NCBI GenBank assembly: GCA_053919585.1
Contig: CM132802.1
Source: Euprymna scolopes
Lineage: Eukaryota
Length of the DNA: 64,000 bases
Direction: 5' to 3' (one strand)
The notes below the pieces were generated by a model. The model saw only the letters and a program-made list of their open reading frames with translations, was not told the origin of the DNA and did not search any database. Below are positions 1 to 14,978 of this stretch, one piece after another; within the stretch, counting starts at the first letter, position 1; each line of letters begins with the position of its first letter. The position numbers and the translations under genes are program-made.

Positions 1-1106
1 GTCTTCTTCTTTTTATTATCAGACCTACGAAAATTATGATTAATGTAAATTTTCTCTGATTTGTGGAAAAAACAGTGAGCGAAGCGACAAAATTATGGAA
101 GTAACTATTTAAGGGATTTACACTTTGTAATATTGGATGGGTTGGCAAAACCGATAACAATAACTCATGAGTACATAGGGGCTAGGTTTAACTTGATGGT
201 AATAACAAATTCTTGTCGTGAAAACATAAATAACGTTATTGTAGTACTCTCGGTAATGTCTGGAATATAAAAAACATCCCGTAATGTGAAGGAATAAATA
301 CCGCAACAGGAACTGAAAACTTAAATACTTACTGGATAATACCTTGAAGGTAGAAATTTACCTTCTGGTATACCTTACCCTTATTGGTTGAATTGTGACC
401 TTTGCTTGCATGATCATCAAAACCTTTGATCAAGATCGGGGTAGAAGCATATAAGAAAAAGAAGTGTGAAAATCTAATTTGGACGGCGACACACATGGTC
501 AGGACCGACTAATGAAAATGATATCTAAACTCAGAATAAACAGAAACAAATGCTAGAGAATATGATGTGTGTAAATTGTAGGTGTTCAGTTTTTACACAA
601 TACGACGCAGCTAAACACTTACGTAAATTACTTACACAATCATATAGCTCATTTTAATGGCATACTAACTCGGCACTACTATTCGCTGAACTTATTTATT
701 CAAACACGTGCTGTACTCTCAATATTTTTTTATTATAGGAAATAATTTTATATTCTTATATCACGTATAGAAATAAGTACTTGCGGGGATTTTGAGCCAG
801 ACGTATCTAAGCGCCCACTCGCCGTCTCCCGTGACATGATATCAAGCGCTTGGTTTTACCTTTAATCTGACTTAACACGTCGATCAGCCAATAACAATGC
901 GTGGCAACGATTAGATGGTCATTGGAGAAATAACGGAAGCAAATAAAATAAAATAAAACTAGATTTTACATGGAAATCAAGGAGGTTACCAACACTATGT
1001 AATTATCAAAGCTAGACAAACAACGGCAAATGCTCGAAGAAGTAGCTGTTTTTTTTACAAAATATACATAAAAAGATCCATAAAAAACATTGGATTATAT
1101 GTGGGG

Positions 1107-2244
1107 TTTTTTTACACAGTGATCACCACTTGTCAAGGCCCGGAAGCCACTCAGGGATAAGGGTTATTGCAAGTACATTACGTTAGTGTGGAGATTTGAT
1201 GAAGTGTTTACTTAAGGGAGCGGTCCATTAGGAATTTGTTAACATTGGACTTGAAGACATCCAAGTTGTAGTCAGGTGGGAAGCAGGCAGACGGAACAGA
1301 GTTCCACAGGCGTGCAGTTCTAAGAAAGAAGCTTTGTTCATGGAATCCACGTTTTGATTAAGGCACAGATATAGAGTGGGTGGCATTTTTCACAGTGGAT
1401 TCAGCTAGATTGGAGTTCAGACGAGCACCTGCCATGGAAATAACGATAAAACAAGGATACGCTCGTAACGTCTCTTCTGTGGGAGAGAGGTTACAGGGTA
1501 GAGAAAAGGGCATCCCCCACTAAGCCACGAAGTCTATTTTGTACTCTGTCAAGGCAGGGTAGGCTGGTTTTAGCAGCTCCTTCCCAGATATGGCAACAGT
1601 ATTCCATCCCTGGACGTACTTGGCTTTTATATAGATACAGAATTGCATCAGTAGTGAGGTATCTTCTTGAGCGGTAGAAGGATCCCACTATCTTTCCAGC
1701 GACCTTGGCAACAGACTTGATGTACGTGTTCCATTTCAGATCAGGAGTAAAGGTCAAACCCAGAAGCTTGTCAAAACACAGGGCCTCTCCCAGACGAGAG
1801 CCATCCATCACAATTGATGCCAGATGGGGATCAGAGCGTTGATGATGTAAGGATAGGAGTTTGGTTTTGGATGCATTAAAGGTAACCAGCCACGTCTTCC
1901 CCCACTGAACCACGCGCTCAAGATCAGAGGAGAGAGAATCAGAGAGAACTTTGTCATTTACAGCCTTTGATGTGTTGCCATAGATGGTCGTGTCATCAGC
2001 ATAGATGTCAACGAATGATTTAAGTATGTGTTTAGGGAGGTCATTGATGTAGATCAGGAAGAGATTTGGGCCTAGGATTGACCCCTGAGGGACTCCAGCA
2101 TTTATATTGCAGGCCTCCGATTTTTGTCCATCTACCACTACTCTTATGCGCCTTTCGCAGAGAAATGATTTAATGATTGAGAAAACATTTCCAGTTATAC
2201 CGTAGCTGGAAATCTTGTGTAGTAGACCCTTATGCCATACCTTG
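1107..2244 (-). mobile_element. 5'-truncated non-LTR retrotransposon (CR1/Jockey-group LINE), RT C-half plus 3' tail
   Basis: ORF 1491-2138 has RT motifs GVPQGSILGP and YADD and the C-terminal YKSQVRPGMEYCCHIW. The 3' tail (rc ...aataacccttatccctgagtggcttccgggccttgacaagtggtgatc) matches the tails at ~49155-49215 and ~33795-33850. Stop at 1491. Confidence 0.9.
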
Positions 2245-2891
2245 AGGTTTAGTAAATCATTGCAAAGACGAGATTCCGTTAGTAATGTAGGTAGCTGAAG
2301 GTGGACAAACCTTTCTTAAGATTTTCTTGACAAAACAAAGAGAAAAATATTGAAAAAAGTACTTAAACATATTGTTTGCTTCTTTAGATCTTTTAAAACT
2401 CTTACAAAAAAATACACACTTTGTTTAAAAAACATCTGGGTTTTTTTTGCTACACATAACCTATCAAAGAGGTAAACAATTTTTTTTTAACAAAAATGAT
2501 TGTTCTAGTACTCCCTGCCCCTTCATAAAATGTTTGTCATGAAACATTAAATAAATAATAAAACAACGTTACTTCGTTGATTTTGTTTGTTTTATTTTTC
2601 ATTTTTATTTCTATTTTTTCCTTATCTTTCAATTTCGGTTTTGTACCGTTGTCAAGATTTAATTGTTGACTACGCTCGGCTTAATCAGTCTGTGAATGAC
2701 ATATTCCGTGCAATGCTGAGCGGAAACATCCGGTTTAACAGTTTTACAAGTACCTAAAAATGATTGGTTATAAATTGTACCTACATTTTTTTTTATATAA
2801 AATGCTATTCATATATTTGGTAGCATTAGCTATCTGGTCAGTCTTCTATTATTTTAACGTTCCATTTTATTTTTATTTATTTACGCATGCA

Positions 2892-3649
2892 TATATATAT
2901 ATAAAGCTGAACGTTTGTGTGTGTGTCTGGTCACGAATAGGCTCCTATATGGTTGATTATTATAGAGAACTAATCACATATAATGATAGAAAATGTACCG
3001 AGACACAGGAATATGTATCTTTGATCTACCATAATGATTATTCATTAAAATTGTCGGGTCTGCGTACGCGCCTGGTCCACAAAGTATGGAAATAAAAATA
3101 ATAAAAATTAAAAAAAAAAGGTTTACAAGTGTTTTTGATATAGATGTACATAATAATACTTTGATAAGTGTATTTGAACTTAAATAGGGATGGTATAATA
3201 AAATTTTGGGGTCTGCGTTAGCGCCTTGCCTCCATAGAATGGAAATAGGCACACACTTTCATAAAGACTTTTCATATCTATCTGCGTAAGTATACTTTAA
3301 TAATTATGTTTCAGTTTGAAGAAATATAGTATAATAAACCTATGGGGTGTTCGTTCGCGCCTTACCTCCATAGAATGGATATATGTCACAAAGTTTTAGA
3401 AGGTTTTTTAATATAGCTCCACAGAATATTGTTATAAGTGTGTCAGTGTGAACAGGTATGGTATAATACATTATGGGGTTTATCTATTTTATTTTTACTT
3501 TCATCATATTTTGCTTTGGTTTTGATACGCCCAAATTCGAAGCTATCTCTTTACACCCCTTGCTTTTCATAACTTTAATACTTTCATAAATCAGAGTCAA
3601 TTTTCTGTAGGCTGTTTTTGAACCCAGTCAGCGACGGGTGTTTTGCTAG
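2892..3649 (+). mobile_element. Non-autonomous Helitron-like element with internal ~150-bp tandem repeats
   Basis: Starts in TATATATAAAG followed by (TG)n. Ends with hairpin ACCC-A-GTC-agc-GAC-GGGT (3622-3639), then CTAG|T (3646-3650). The motif gggtctgcgt..gcgccttgcctccatagaatgga recurs about 3 times between 3055 and 3385. Confidence 0.65.
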
Positions 3650-6600
3650 TATATATATAAAACACTGTTGCATGACTTGGCGATGGTTTCTTATAGTGTT
3701 ATGCATCGGCAACCCACGGCATATTTTGTTTTGGATTTGCGTATTAATTTTTACGGGGGGTTATTTTCTTCCTACTTTGGAGGTTTTACCGCGGTAATGC
3801 TTGGAAGATTCGTAAACTAAATTTTAATGAAATTGACAATAAAGGAAAACAGAACTGAACGAGTAATCTCCCCACAAATCTTTACCCCGAGTTATATTCC
3901 CCGCGATGCAATATTAAATGCACGAAAAACTGAATTGTTTTATTCAAACATATTAATTAATAATATAAGTTATATTATAGGGTTTGTGACTATTTCGAAT
4001 TGCCTATTTTGATAGGTACTTGTGGATGGTGTAAGTTGTCAACTAGATCAGCGAGGATGTAGGCAAGAGACCAGACGTACTGTCGTGTTTCATCACCAGA
4101 TTTGCACCCAAACGTGAATGAAAGAAGTGGATAGCTCTAAAGAGATCGTTGGATAATGATTAATTACGTCTTGTTTTGTAGCGCCAGGTGGCGATGGTTT
4201 GCTATGAGAATCGTGTTTTTGACGAGAATTGCAGAGACATTTTGAGCATTACTTTCACTATTGAAAAAGATTCACTAGTCAGTGTGTTAGAGTATAAGGT
4301 CTTGAGGGAATTGGGAGGATACGTGACAATAACACGTTTAGGTTATGACGATGAAGTCTGATAGACCGAAGAAGATCATATTTTAACTAAATATGACAGA
4401 CAAACAAAAGTGCTTTTTAAACACAAAATTAGACGTACTGTGACGTCCCCTAAGATATTTGTACGCATTTAAAATTAGACATGGCGATTCAGTTTGTGCG
4501 TTCACCAATAAATCATATGAGTGTAAGAGAAACGAAAATACTATTTAAGATTTTAGTGTAATCGGTCAGTTGACATACACTTTGTCAATAAACTTCAGCG
4601 TAATTAAATTACAATTCCTTATTTACAGTTGGGGGGAAGCGACATATCTACGTAAATGTGTTAGACTGCAGTTACACTTTAGAGTAAAACTCCTACGCCA
4701 AACGGAAACGCTTGTATTTTGCGATGCACATCGTTCACTTAAAGCATGTCTGAACGCATGTCTAAAAAGATGTAGCTAACCAATGTAAATGGTCCTTCCA
4801 TCTTTGACAGATTATGGATACTCACGTAAAGGTGCCTGCGCGTGAAACTTTTGTAGCAGGAGGTGCGCAATCTTTAACCACACCTCTCCTAAGTTGAACT
4901 TGGTAAAAACCAGTGGCAAGTGAAGTGTACGTGAAGGACGACTGGAAACTAATGCTGAGATAAGCGGAGAGCACATACAGCGCCTAGAATTCCCAAATGA
5001 TCATTCATCTGGTACCAACAAGGTTCAACATTGGTCATCTGACGAGAACAAGTTGGTCAACGCGATTATGCCATATGTACGTGTTTATCGCCGTAAATAC
5101 TATATTAATATAACATATGACAGACGAACGGTATTTCAAATTGGATCCACAAACACGTAATTAAACATACACATAGTGGAGAGAAAAGCAAAGAAACGCA
5201 CATGAATTAGGTTGTGTTTGTATCATTACCGCCGGTTCTATAATCCCAATTAGAAACTAGTTGTCTATATTCACCAATATCGCTACAGATTATTAATACA
5301 TGTATTATAATTTAAATTAGAAGGAACTGTATCCAGGAGTGTCCCGGGGATAATATAAAATACCCATTTAATTAAAACAAAAACATAGCCTGTAATTATG
5401 TGATTTATTTGGGTAATTAAAATAAGATCCATATATGTTTTGGAAAACATAAATGCTTCCAGATTTACAGATATTTTACTAACCCTGTGTCCATTTTGCG
5501 AAGATTATTTTTATACATACAAAAACGCGTCACGGATTGATAACTACCTTAGTTGTGAAGCAATGAAATCGACATACTGTATATGTTTTGCATGGAATTC
5601 GAAACAACCGGAAAAATTTCTGCAGAAAGTTGAAATGCAAAATTCAAAATAAAAAGTAAAGTTAATTTTTTTTTTAAAATTAAGTTGGATATTTGTAAAT
5701 ACTCTCATACCATAAAGCCAATGATGTGTTGTATAATTAAAAATTTGTCACTGAAATTCGTTAGGTATATGTATCAATAAAGTAATTAATTACAAAATTC
5801 AAGCAAATGTATATATCTTTTCTATCGCTAACACGACATATTCTATGTAAAAATAAGTTCAATGCATTCATCTCTGCCTCCGTTCTAACAGTTTCTTTAA
5901 ATACAAAATGTAATTTGTTTTTTGTTTTAAAATAAGTGTAAGGTTGTTCCCGGTTTAAAAACCTTATACTAGACCCATAAAACAAACACATAGTAGAAAT
6001 TTATTATGACGAATAACCCAGAAATTGCCAAACTTCCTTCTAAGCAATGCAAATGATTAAAATAAGATATAATATTGTCGTGGCCTGACGTGCCTGTTCA
6101 TATTTCATACTTTTCCTTTTCCATTGCAAATCCTAGCGGGATAGTTAATGATAACAATTTTATTAATATAACGAATACAACATATTCCTGAATAAAATGA
6201 TTTTTACGTTTAACAAAAAAAAAATCTAGATTTAGGCAATTATAATTTCGCTTCCAGCACAAATTTGATTTTACAAATAATAAAAATAATCGCTGGTTGT
6301 GAATACAGTATAGCTGTGAAATAAAATAATTTCAAACCTTCTTATATGCTTAGAAATAAATATTAACTATGTTTAGCAGGAGTAAGAACAAAATAACGTA
6401 CCTAATGTAGACTATACCTGCCAAAATTATTTTACAATTTCGCCGTTCGCGTACGTGCCAATATTTTGTTTCATCTTAGCAATAAATACGTTATTAATGC
6501 GAACATAAAAAAAAACTTGTCCAACTTATGTGTCGTACACTTAGTTAATATACATCTAAGTTAAAAACAACCCCAAAAACTCATCCCCTATGGGAATAAA

Positions 6601-6724
6601 TCTGTTCGTTAAAAGATTATGGGTTAATTCAATTTTTTTCAGAATGCATGGGAAACAGAAAGTACGAATATAAGAATGCTATTCGGTTAATTGGCGAAAA
6701 GGAACATACGTTATTTAGATTTAA

Positions 6725-6781
<57 letters not shown>

Positions 6782-7984
6782 CAATGTTTAGTACGTTATG
6801 TGATTTGACAAAGTTTCCCTTGATTATGAAATCAGTCCTGTATCAAAGCTCTTATGAGTGAGTATATAATTCGTCAATTTTCTCGTATTCGTCTATGCAT
6901 AATGCTAAAAAAATTACTAAAGTATCACGACTCACCAAAACTCAAAGGCCATTTGAGTATAAAGGTAAAAGGGTGCACAATATTATCAGATAATAATGTA
7001 GTAATTCTTAGTAGTGAGACTTTAGTATAACTTGATTATTTAAAGAACACGGCTTAGCAAGAAATTGTTTACATAAGACTTGAACAAAAACATATTGTAT
7101 TCAACTGGCATGCAGTCCAGTCGAACAGAGTAAAATACACATGTATTAGTGATAGTTCTACATATAATTAGCTTATTAATTTCAACAACCATAGTTTACT
7201 AATGTTCCAGAGCGTGACAAAAACCTGGCAATAGATTCATATCTGTGTTGTAGCTGTTGTAAAAAACATCTTGTAGCCGGATGTTGCCTGCGAATCACGT
7301 TATTGACTGATATAGCAATTCTACCTCACTAGTATTTGCAATATAAGCTCAGGTTTGTTGTGCTTCATATGAGTTTCTGTGCTTATCACATTTTGACCTT
7401 TAAATTAAATAAAATAAAAGGCATTTAATAGAATTCGTAATGTCAGCAGATTGTGACGTTTTTAAAAAATGGCACACTCTAAAAAGATGCCATACATATT
7501 TCAGAAACGGAAACACCCATGTATAATTTGACATAAAGTGTATGCTTTTCGGAAATATCGAATATAAAAATAAAGAAAATAATTAATTTTATGTTGACTA
7601 AATGTTTGCTCTTATTTCTATGCTAAGATATTTAAACAATACTACTCTCTTTATAAAATGCAAATAGTTCTTTTTTATTTTTTTTAAATTAAACTTTTTT
7701 ATTAATGCTTATGTAGACACCTTGTATCTATAGAATAACACCTTTTTAATTTAATCTACAATATAATTTTAACATAAATAAAAATATTCAAAACTAAAAT
7801 AAAACATATTCAAATTCACATTATACAATGATTTCTTAAATCTTCGATGTTAGCATAAAATCATTATTGGTAGTACAATGTCTTTCCATATTCAAAACAT
7901 AATTAATTCCTTAAGAAACAATTATTTGATATTTTAAAGTGAGTTTTCTTCCCTTTATTTTACCTATTCATCATTAGCAAATAT

Positions 7985-8017
<33 letters not shown>

Positions 8018-8072
8018 TTATATATTTATCAACAAAATCAAATAAAATAATGTATATATATATATATATATA

Positions 8073-9154
8073 CGAGGGGCGTGCAATAAGTAATGCCCCT
8101 GACCCAATTCTCCATAGCAGTAGAGCTACGAAACTTGGCACAGACTTTCTCTACAAAGAAACCACCCAGAGTTATGCATTTCTCCCATCGTTTGATGCAG
8201 CTCTGGAGACCGTTTTGTAGAAAATCCTAGGTTGATCCTCCAACCACGACGTGACTTCAGAGATCAATGCTGCATCATCTGTAAAACGATTTCCTTTCAA
8301 AAACAAAAGTGAAGCATAATAGTCGACTGTAATTGTGATGCCCTTTGCCAGGAAATCAGTCATCACTAATTCACCCTGGTCCCAGAAGACTGTGAGCATG
8401 CCATTTCCAGCGGAGGGCTGTATCCTGTCCTTCTTTGGATGTGGTGAGTTCAAGTGCTTCCACTGCATTGATTGGGTTTTGGTCTCTGGATCATAGTGAT
8501 GGACCCAGGTTTTATCCTATTTAATCAGTCTTTTCAAAAACTTTGACTCATCTTCTTGGCACATCTCCAAATTCATCCTCCAGCACTCAACGCGTTCTCG
8601 CTTCTGGAATGGTGTGAGAAATATAAGGATCTATCTGGCAGACACCTTATGCATATGTAAATGGTCACAAGTGATAGTTTCATTAGACCCTGTACTCTTC
8701 TTGACATATTGGGCTATTTGGCGAATAGTAATGCGCCGATCTTCCAAAATAGCAGCCTCAACTTGACGGACAGATGCCTCATCAATGGCAGAAGGGGAGC
8801 GACCAGGTCTGGGAGCTGTTTCCACAGACTTACGGCCATGTTTGAATTCACGATGCCATCGTTTTACAAGGTCATACGATGGGGCATTATCACCATAAGT
8901 TTCTTTCATTTCATCAAAAGTTTCCTGTGGTGTGCTTCTTTTCAAATACAAAAACCGGATCACTGCTCGACATTCAACAGGCTTCATTTTACACCTGACT
9001 CAGTTCAAACACCCGTAAAACAGAAACCACAATTAGTTTAGAGCTGTAATTTGCCACATAATCCATGGAGATATAAATCATTGTCCATGCAAAATTTTAG
9101 CTGGATCAGACAACTGGAAGTGGGTCATGGGCATTACTTATATCACGCCCCTCG
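8073..9154 (-). mobile_element. Mariner transposon, internally deleted, both TIRs present
   Basis: TIRs CGAGGGGCGTGCAATAAGTAATGCCCCTGACCCA / TGGGTCATGGGCATTACTTATATCACGCCCCTCG with TA on both sides. HTH N-terminus in ORF 8631-8987, and ..TWVHHYDPETK and MLTVFWD downstream. The HDNA and YSPDLAP regions are missing. Confidence 0.95.
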
Positions 9155-12100
9155 TATATATATTTNNNNNNNNNNNNNNNNNNNNNNNNNNNNNNNNNNN
9201 NNNNNNNNNNNNNNNNNNNNNNNNNNNNNNNNNNNNNNNNNNNNNNNNNNNNNNNNNNNNNNNNNNNNNNNNNNNNNNNNNNNNNNNNNNNNNNNNNNNN
9301 NNNACAACGCAATCATTGACTACGAAAATAAATCCATTGTTTAAATCTTAAATATTTCATAAGGCAACTAAATCCTTCGGTATTCATCGAGGTCAGATGT
9401 TTAATGAAAAGCAAATCAAAACCTTTTAAAAAATGTTTTATTAATAAATAATTTCTATTGGTTGTGTTTGGAAACACGTATCGCGGTCACTAAGAGAGAA
9501 TGGAAATGTGGTTTAATCAGCAGGTATTAGACATTGATGGGTAAACTTAATTTTATTGGGCCAGATCGATACGGGCCTGGGTAACAGGAAATTAGACTTA
9601 ATAGTTAAAGGAGAAGCAAACGAAAACGATGGGGGTCATAGTCGATCTGTTATGTTTTTTTCTTTAGTGACGAGCTCATATATTCTAAATATTTTAAGTT
9701 TAGTGTAATCTATTAAAATAATGTAGATATTTTTCAGAAAAAACTTCGCTAAAAAAAAACAAGTTAAATATAATTATACCGTAGTCGTTACATGCCAACA
9801 CTCGAAACCTACACGTTTAATGCGGACAGTCGCAAGCAAACAAAGACAAGGAAAAAAACTCGACTTGCTTCATTCAATTGAAGCCACAGTTATTATTTAC
9901 AACTACTTTCAAAATAATTCCTTGTCTTTTAGTCAAATGTCTTCTCGTACTGCAATGTACTTAACAAGACCCTGCCGTCTTGAACACGTTATACTCAGCC
10001 TTTGTCTGGCCATGTTTAGGAGACGACTATCAATATCGCTATCATGCCATGTGTTTGACATGTCTGTCTTTGTCTTTCTCGAGTCAATTTATTCTATTTT
10101 ATAATTGTTTTCTTTACTTTCTTCTTCGCTGTGACGTCACCTCTAACACAGCTGAGTCATTTGTATACATCTTCTGCGTCCATACCCGAGTGTGCGGTCT
10201 GTTATGTAGTGATTTTTTTATACAACTTAAAATGTTATTATAAGAAGCTTAAAATTCTAAATACAATATATTGATAATGTAATCTGCTATGTACAGATAG
10301 TATAATAGTACTCAGTACAATTAGAATAGTAAAAATCATACAAATACGAAATATACATACATGTTTTGTTATGACTAATTTATAAAAAAAGTTCCAATAT
10401 GAATTCTATTAGAAATATTTTATAATGAATAGATTGTTTATATATTGCAGGACTAAAAATACATCTACATTATTAATATTAATGTAAATTTTATTTTAGA
10501 GGGTAATGCATCTTATTAATATTCGCTAATTTTATGATTTATGTATGTTTTCTTATTAAAACCTATACATTAAGCTAGCTGATTTTATTCCAAAGAAAAT
10601 AGAGTTTAACGTGTGAATACTTTTAAGTTTAATGAGAAATTGATATTCGAGGAGAACACATCAAAATTAAATGTTACCTCTCCTGCATGTTTTGTTTAAT
10701 CATAAGAGTTATTACAAAATTCTCTAGATTTAGGTAATACAGAATAAAGCAAGGTATGTGTATTATAACATTTTCTTAATATACAATAATTAGTTATTCA
10801 TACTTATGATATTGCTTGAAGTGATATCTACAAGTTCAGTTGATAAACGACTGCTTGGGTTGATACTCTTCTTTTAAAATAATTTATAGATTATAATATA
10901 TGTTGAACAACGTCTAGCTTTTCTCAGTTCAAGGTTATTCTAGTGTAATTTCACAAAACCGTCATTAAAATGTAAACGAACGTTACAACACCTAGACTTC
11001 GCCTGGATATTAACAGCTTCCAGATTGTTAACTTCTACAACGCCATACTTTTGTTTATATGTTTAGGCCATCGTTATTTAGGATCTTTAACCGCAATATG
11101 CTTGTGTCATATTAAATGAGTAATTTCGCCAGTGAACAGTGTGTCCTGTTTGCTTATGTGTACGGCAACCATTTTTTATGTAGTATATCGCTCCAGAGTA
11201 CAAACTAGCGAGGATTAGGGGTGAGCATCAACTATAAGTCAATATGCTTTTAATCAAGGCACGATCGCACAATATATTAAGGTATACAATATATTTTTAC
11301 ATTCCAGAAAAGTCGGTTCGTGAGTGAATTCTGCCTCTCTTTCGCAATAATGGTAAAAAAGGTAACGTAAAAATCTCAATAGAAGAAAAGAAATGAACAA
11401 CTACATAAAACAAAACAAAAAGAGAAGAAGCAAAATATAGAGAATAGCACGCTGCAGTATAATAACGTTGACAAGCTTCTCCATTATCGGCATTCAATCA
11501 TTGATCTGGCAACTGCCCACTTTTTGCTTACTGAAATTTACCTCATCGCAGAATAGTTCGGCAATACATATTATAAAAAAGTCAATGTAGTAAACTAGAA
11601 AATACAAATATAGGACAAATTGTAAGATATGTATTACACAGATTTCAAGTCTCATCTGGGCTCACGGTATCACACATTAGATAACTTGGTAGAAGTAGTG
11701 ATCGAATCATGAACACGTTAATAAAAGAAAATGGAAAAAAGTACGTCGTATTCTTCCACATTCGAAAAAGTAGGGTATTTTTATTAGGTNNNNNNNNNNN
11801 NNNNNNNNNNNNNNNNNNNNNNNNNNNNNNNNNNNNNNNNNNNNNNNNNNNNNNNNNNNNNNNNNNNNNNNNNNNNNNNNNNNNNNNNNNNNNNNNNNNN
11901 NNNNNNNNNNNNNNNNNNNNNNAAACAAATAAAACCATGTTTATACGTTACCAATTTATTTGAAATTTTTAGACAACCCATTTTTAGAGTCGAGGTACGT
12001 TTTTATGTTATTAAAATATATTTACCTAATTAAAATTAAAATATTAAATACAATTAATATATTTATTTAATCGTTTCTGCGAATCTGTTCTGTTGATAAA

Positions 12101-12694
12101 ACTGAACTTCCGGTTCGATTCATTTCACAGCCACGAATTGACGAAAGGTTTCATTTTCTGTTAACTCGATAAGTAAAAAAAAACAAAAAAAGACATATTT
12201 CATTTGTTTATCTTCCAAATTTTTTAATTTACACATCTTTTCTTTATTATATAAGGCCCCCCCCAAAAAAAGTTTGTTGCTTGATTTTGAGGTTTTTTTT
12301 TTGTTTTTCTATATAAGATTACTCATGCAGAGAGTGATCCGTGCTGAAATAATGTTATTATTTAAAAAGTCATTCTTAACATGGGAGGTAAGGATGTTTT
12401 GTACCTATTCTGTACTTAAACATTAAAATTGAATAAATAAAAAAAAAACATATCGTAAAACGTTATTTAAACGTGGAAATATGATTTAAAAAATAGCGCG
12501 GATCGCTCTCTGCATTAGCACCATTTTTATTTATTGCGGACTATTATTCTCATCTTTATTAGTTGTTGTTTCACGAATTTTCGGCCAACTATTCCTCTGG
12601 CTTTCATGAAAAGAAGTCCTTTTATAAATGTTCAGTAACTTTTTCCTTTTATTATTCTTAAAGAGTAAAACTTTTCTTATTCATGAAAGGAGTT

Positions 12695-13912
12695 AAGCCT
12701 ACGTAAATAAATAAATGTTTGTACGCGTGACAAATTATCAATAAATGGTTTAGTTACTTTTTAAAAAAAAATGTGTGTAATAGTGCGAAAGCCGACGTTG
12801 AATTAAACAGATTATAAAAAAAAATGTAAAAAAGAAATCATTATTTCGACATTTGAAAGTGGTGCTCACTTTTTAGTTACAACGTTCTGATAAATCAGTC
12901 ACCCAATTTGTAAGCAATAAAAACGCGGTATATCAAAACCATAGAAAGTAAAAATAATGAGTCTCTACCGCATTTGTAAGTCAGAAATATATTTGTTTCT
13001 CAAAGAAAAAAAATAGAGAGAACAGGACTTTTTTTTATTGTTTTCATGAAAATAACGTTTCGAGATTTTTAGTTATTTTTTTTTACTTATTTAGTCAGTT
13101 TGTGTTTTTTTTTAAATTGTTTTTGTGAAAGGTGAGTTTTTTTTCAAAACTTTTTGTTTCTTTTTAATTTTATTAAAAGTATTATAAATTTCACAAACAT
13201 GCTCGAGAAATGTTTAATAATTTGGTATTTTTTTAGATTAGGTCCACCTCCACAATTTTCCTTTCAATGACGACATTTATAGGTTTCCGAGTATGCTGAA
13301 CACGCAAATTGCATTGAAATTTTGCGGAAATAAATAGTTGTATTATGCATTGTATTCTTCGGCGGCCATCTTTTTACGTGCACACGCGCCATAAACAAAC
13401 ACACACACGTAAAAAAGATGGCCGCCAAAGATAACAATGCATAATACAACTTTTTATATCTTGATAACTACTTATTTCTGCTAAATTTCGATGCGATTTT
13501 CTTATTCAGCATAGTCGAAAACCATTTCAAGTCGTCATTTAAAAGAAAATTGAGGAGGTGGAGGTGGACCTAATCTAAAAATTTACCAATAATTTTTCAT
13601 CCCGTACGCCTCCCGATACATTGCTTCGTCAACATGCGACCATTTTATATCTCCCGAAGACACTTCCGTATTTAGAAAAAAAAAAAAAAATAAATAAAAA
13701 GTGACCGATTTACCAGAACGTGGTAACTAAAAAGTGAGTACCCCTTTCAAATGTTGAAATGACTTCTTTTTTTTTTTCAATTTTTTTTCATAATATGGTT
13801 AGTGTTCAATCAATAATAATCCAGTGAAAAAATTTCAAAAAACCTATCAGTATAGAAACTCCACCACGTAAGTAAATAAATAAAAAATGTTACGTGCACA
13901 TGCGTTAGCCTT
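12695..13912. mobile_element. Large foldback/MITE-like element with nested inverted repeats
   Basis: ~12836-12902 is the reverse complement of ~13701-13765. ~13224-13274 is the reverse complement of ~13532-13588. The outer ends are approximate, with TTAA at the left. Confidence 0.55.
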
Positions 13913-13989
13913 GACTAGAGGGGTACTAAGGGAACGACCATTAACTAATTCTGCGGGTCGCCATGGAACTCAACGCCCAAGGAGTACCA

Positions 13990-14330
13990 AAATAGTTTTC
14001 ATGATCTGAAGAAAATTTTTTTTTCCGAAAAGTGGGTGATCACTTTTCCATCTAAATTTAACTTAAAATGAGCACCCACATTCTGGCCACCTGAGGAAGG
14101 GGCATTTATTTTCGTGTTTATTGGCTTAAAGGTTTTTTTGACAAGGCAGTTTGGTACGCGAATGCATATTTAACAGTTTTCGTTTATGCTCACGCATAGC
14201 ATAAACAAAGGCTACGTCTGTGAAATGGAAAATAGTCCCAGAGTTCAGGGGTTAATACCATGCCAAAGAAATCAAACAAAAGGACTTTTTAGCCAAGAAA
14301 CACACAGAAAGAAAGAAAAAAATAGCATCC
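13990..14330. repeat. Partial direct copy of the adjacent 14410-14978 MITE
   Basis: Shares gaaaagtgggtgatcacttttcca...ctgaggaagggg and cagagttcaggggttaataccatgc..agaaatcaaacaaa with 14535-14770. Confidence 0.7.
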
Positions 14331-14409
14331 ATTTTTTTTCTATCGAATTCATTTGCTGTTTTTATTGAAAACTATTTTCCCCCGGATTTTTTATATAATT
14401 TTCCATTAA

Positions 14410-14978
14410 GGGCTGTGCGTCTCACGTTCGTAAATAACAATTTTTTTTTTTGTAGATTTTGGTGTGCTAAAAACGAATCTGCAAACCGTTTCCGTCGCAA
14501 AAAATGGTTTTTATGATATGAAGAAATTACTTTTTCGAAAAAGTGGCGATCACTTTTCCATGTAAATTAAACTTAAAATGAGCACCCACTTTCTAGTCAC
14601 CTGAGAGAGGGGGGATTTTTTCCCATGTTTATTGGCTAAACAGCTTTCGTTTATGCTTACGCATAGCGTAAACGAAGGCTACGGCTGTTAAATGGAAAAT
14701 AGTTCCAGAGTTCAGGGGTTATTACCATGCAAAAGAAATCAAACAAAAAACTTTTTAGCCAAGAAACAGAAAAATGCCCCTCTCTCAGGTGACCAGAAAG
14801 TGGGTGCTCATTCTAAGTTAAATTTACATTGAAAAGTGATCACCCACTTTTCGAAAAAGTAATTTCATGAATGTCATGAAAACTTTTTTTTTTGCTACGT
14901 AAACGGTTTGCAGATTCGTTTTTAGCACACCGAAATCTACAATAAAATATTTCGTTATATATGAACGTGAAACGGGCC
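14410..14978. mobile_element. MITE with ~200-bp TIRs and TTAA target duplication (Kolobok/piggyBac-type)
   Basis: TTAA at 14406-14409 and 14979-14982. ~14410-14615 is the reverse complement of ~14775-14978. GG...CC termini fit Kolobok. Confidence 0.75.

Noticed and set aside
4924-5160. 79-codon stop-to-stop open frame on the plus strand
   Set aside because: No upstream start or convincing splice context and no recognisable homology.
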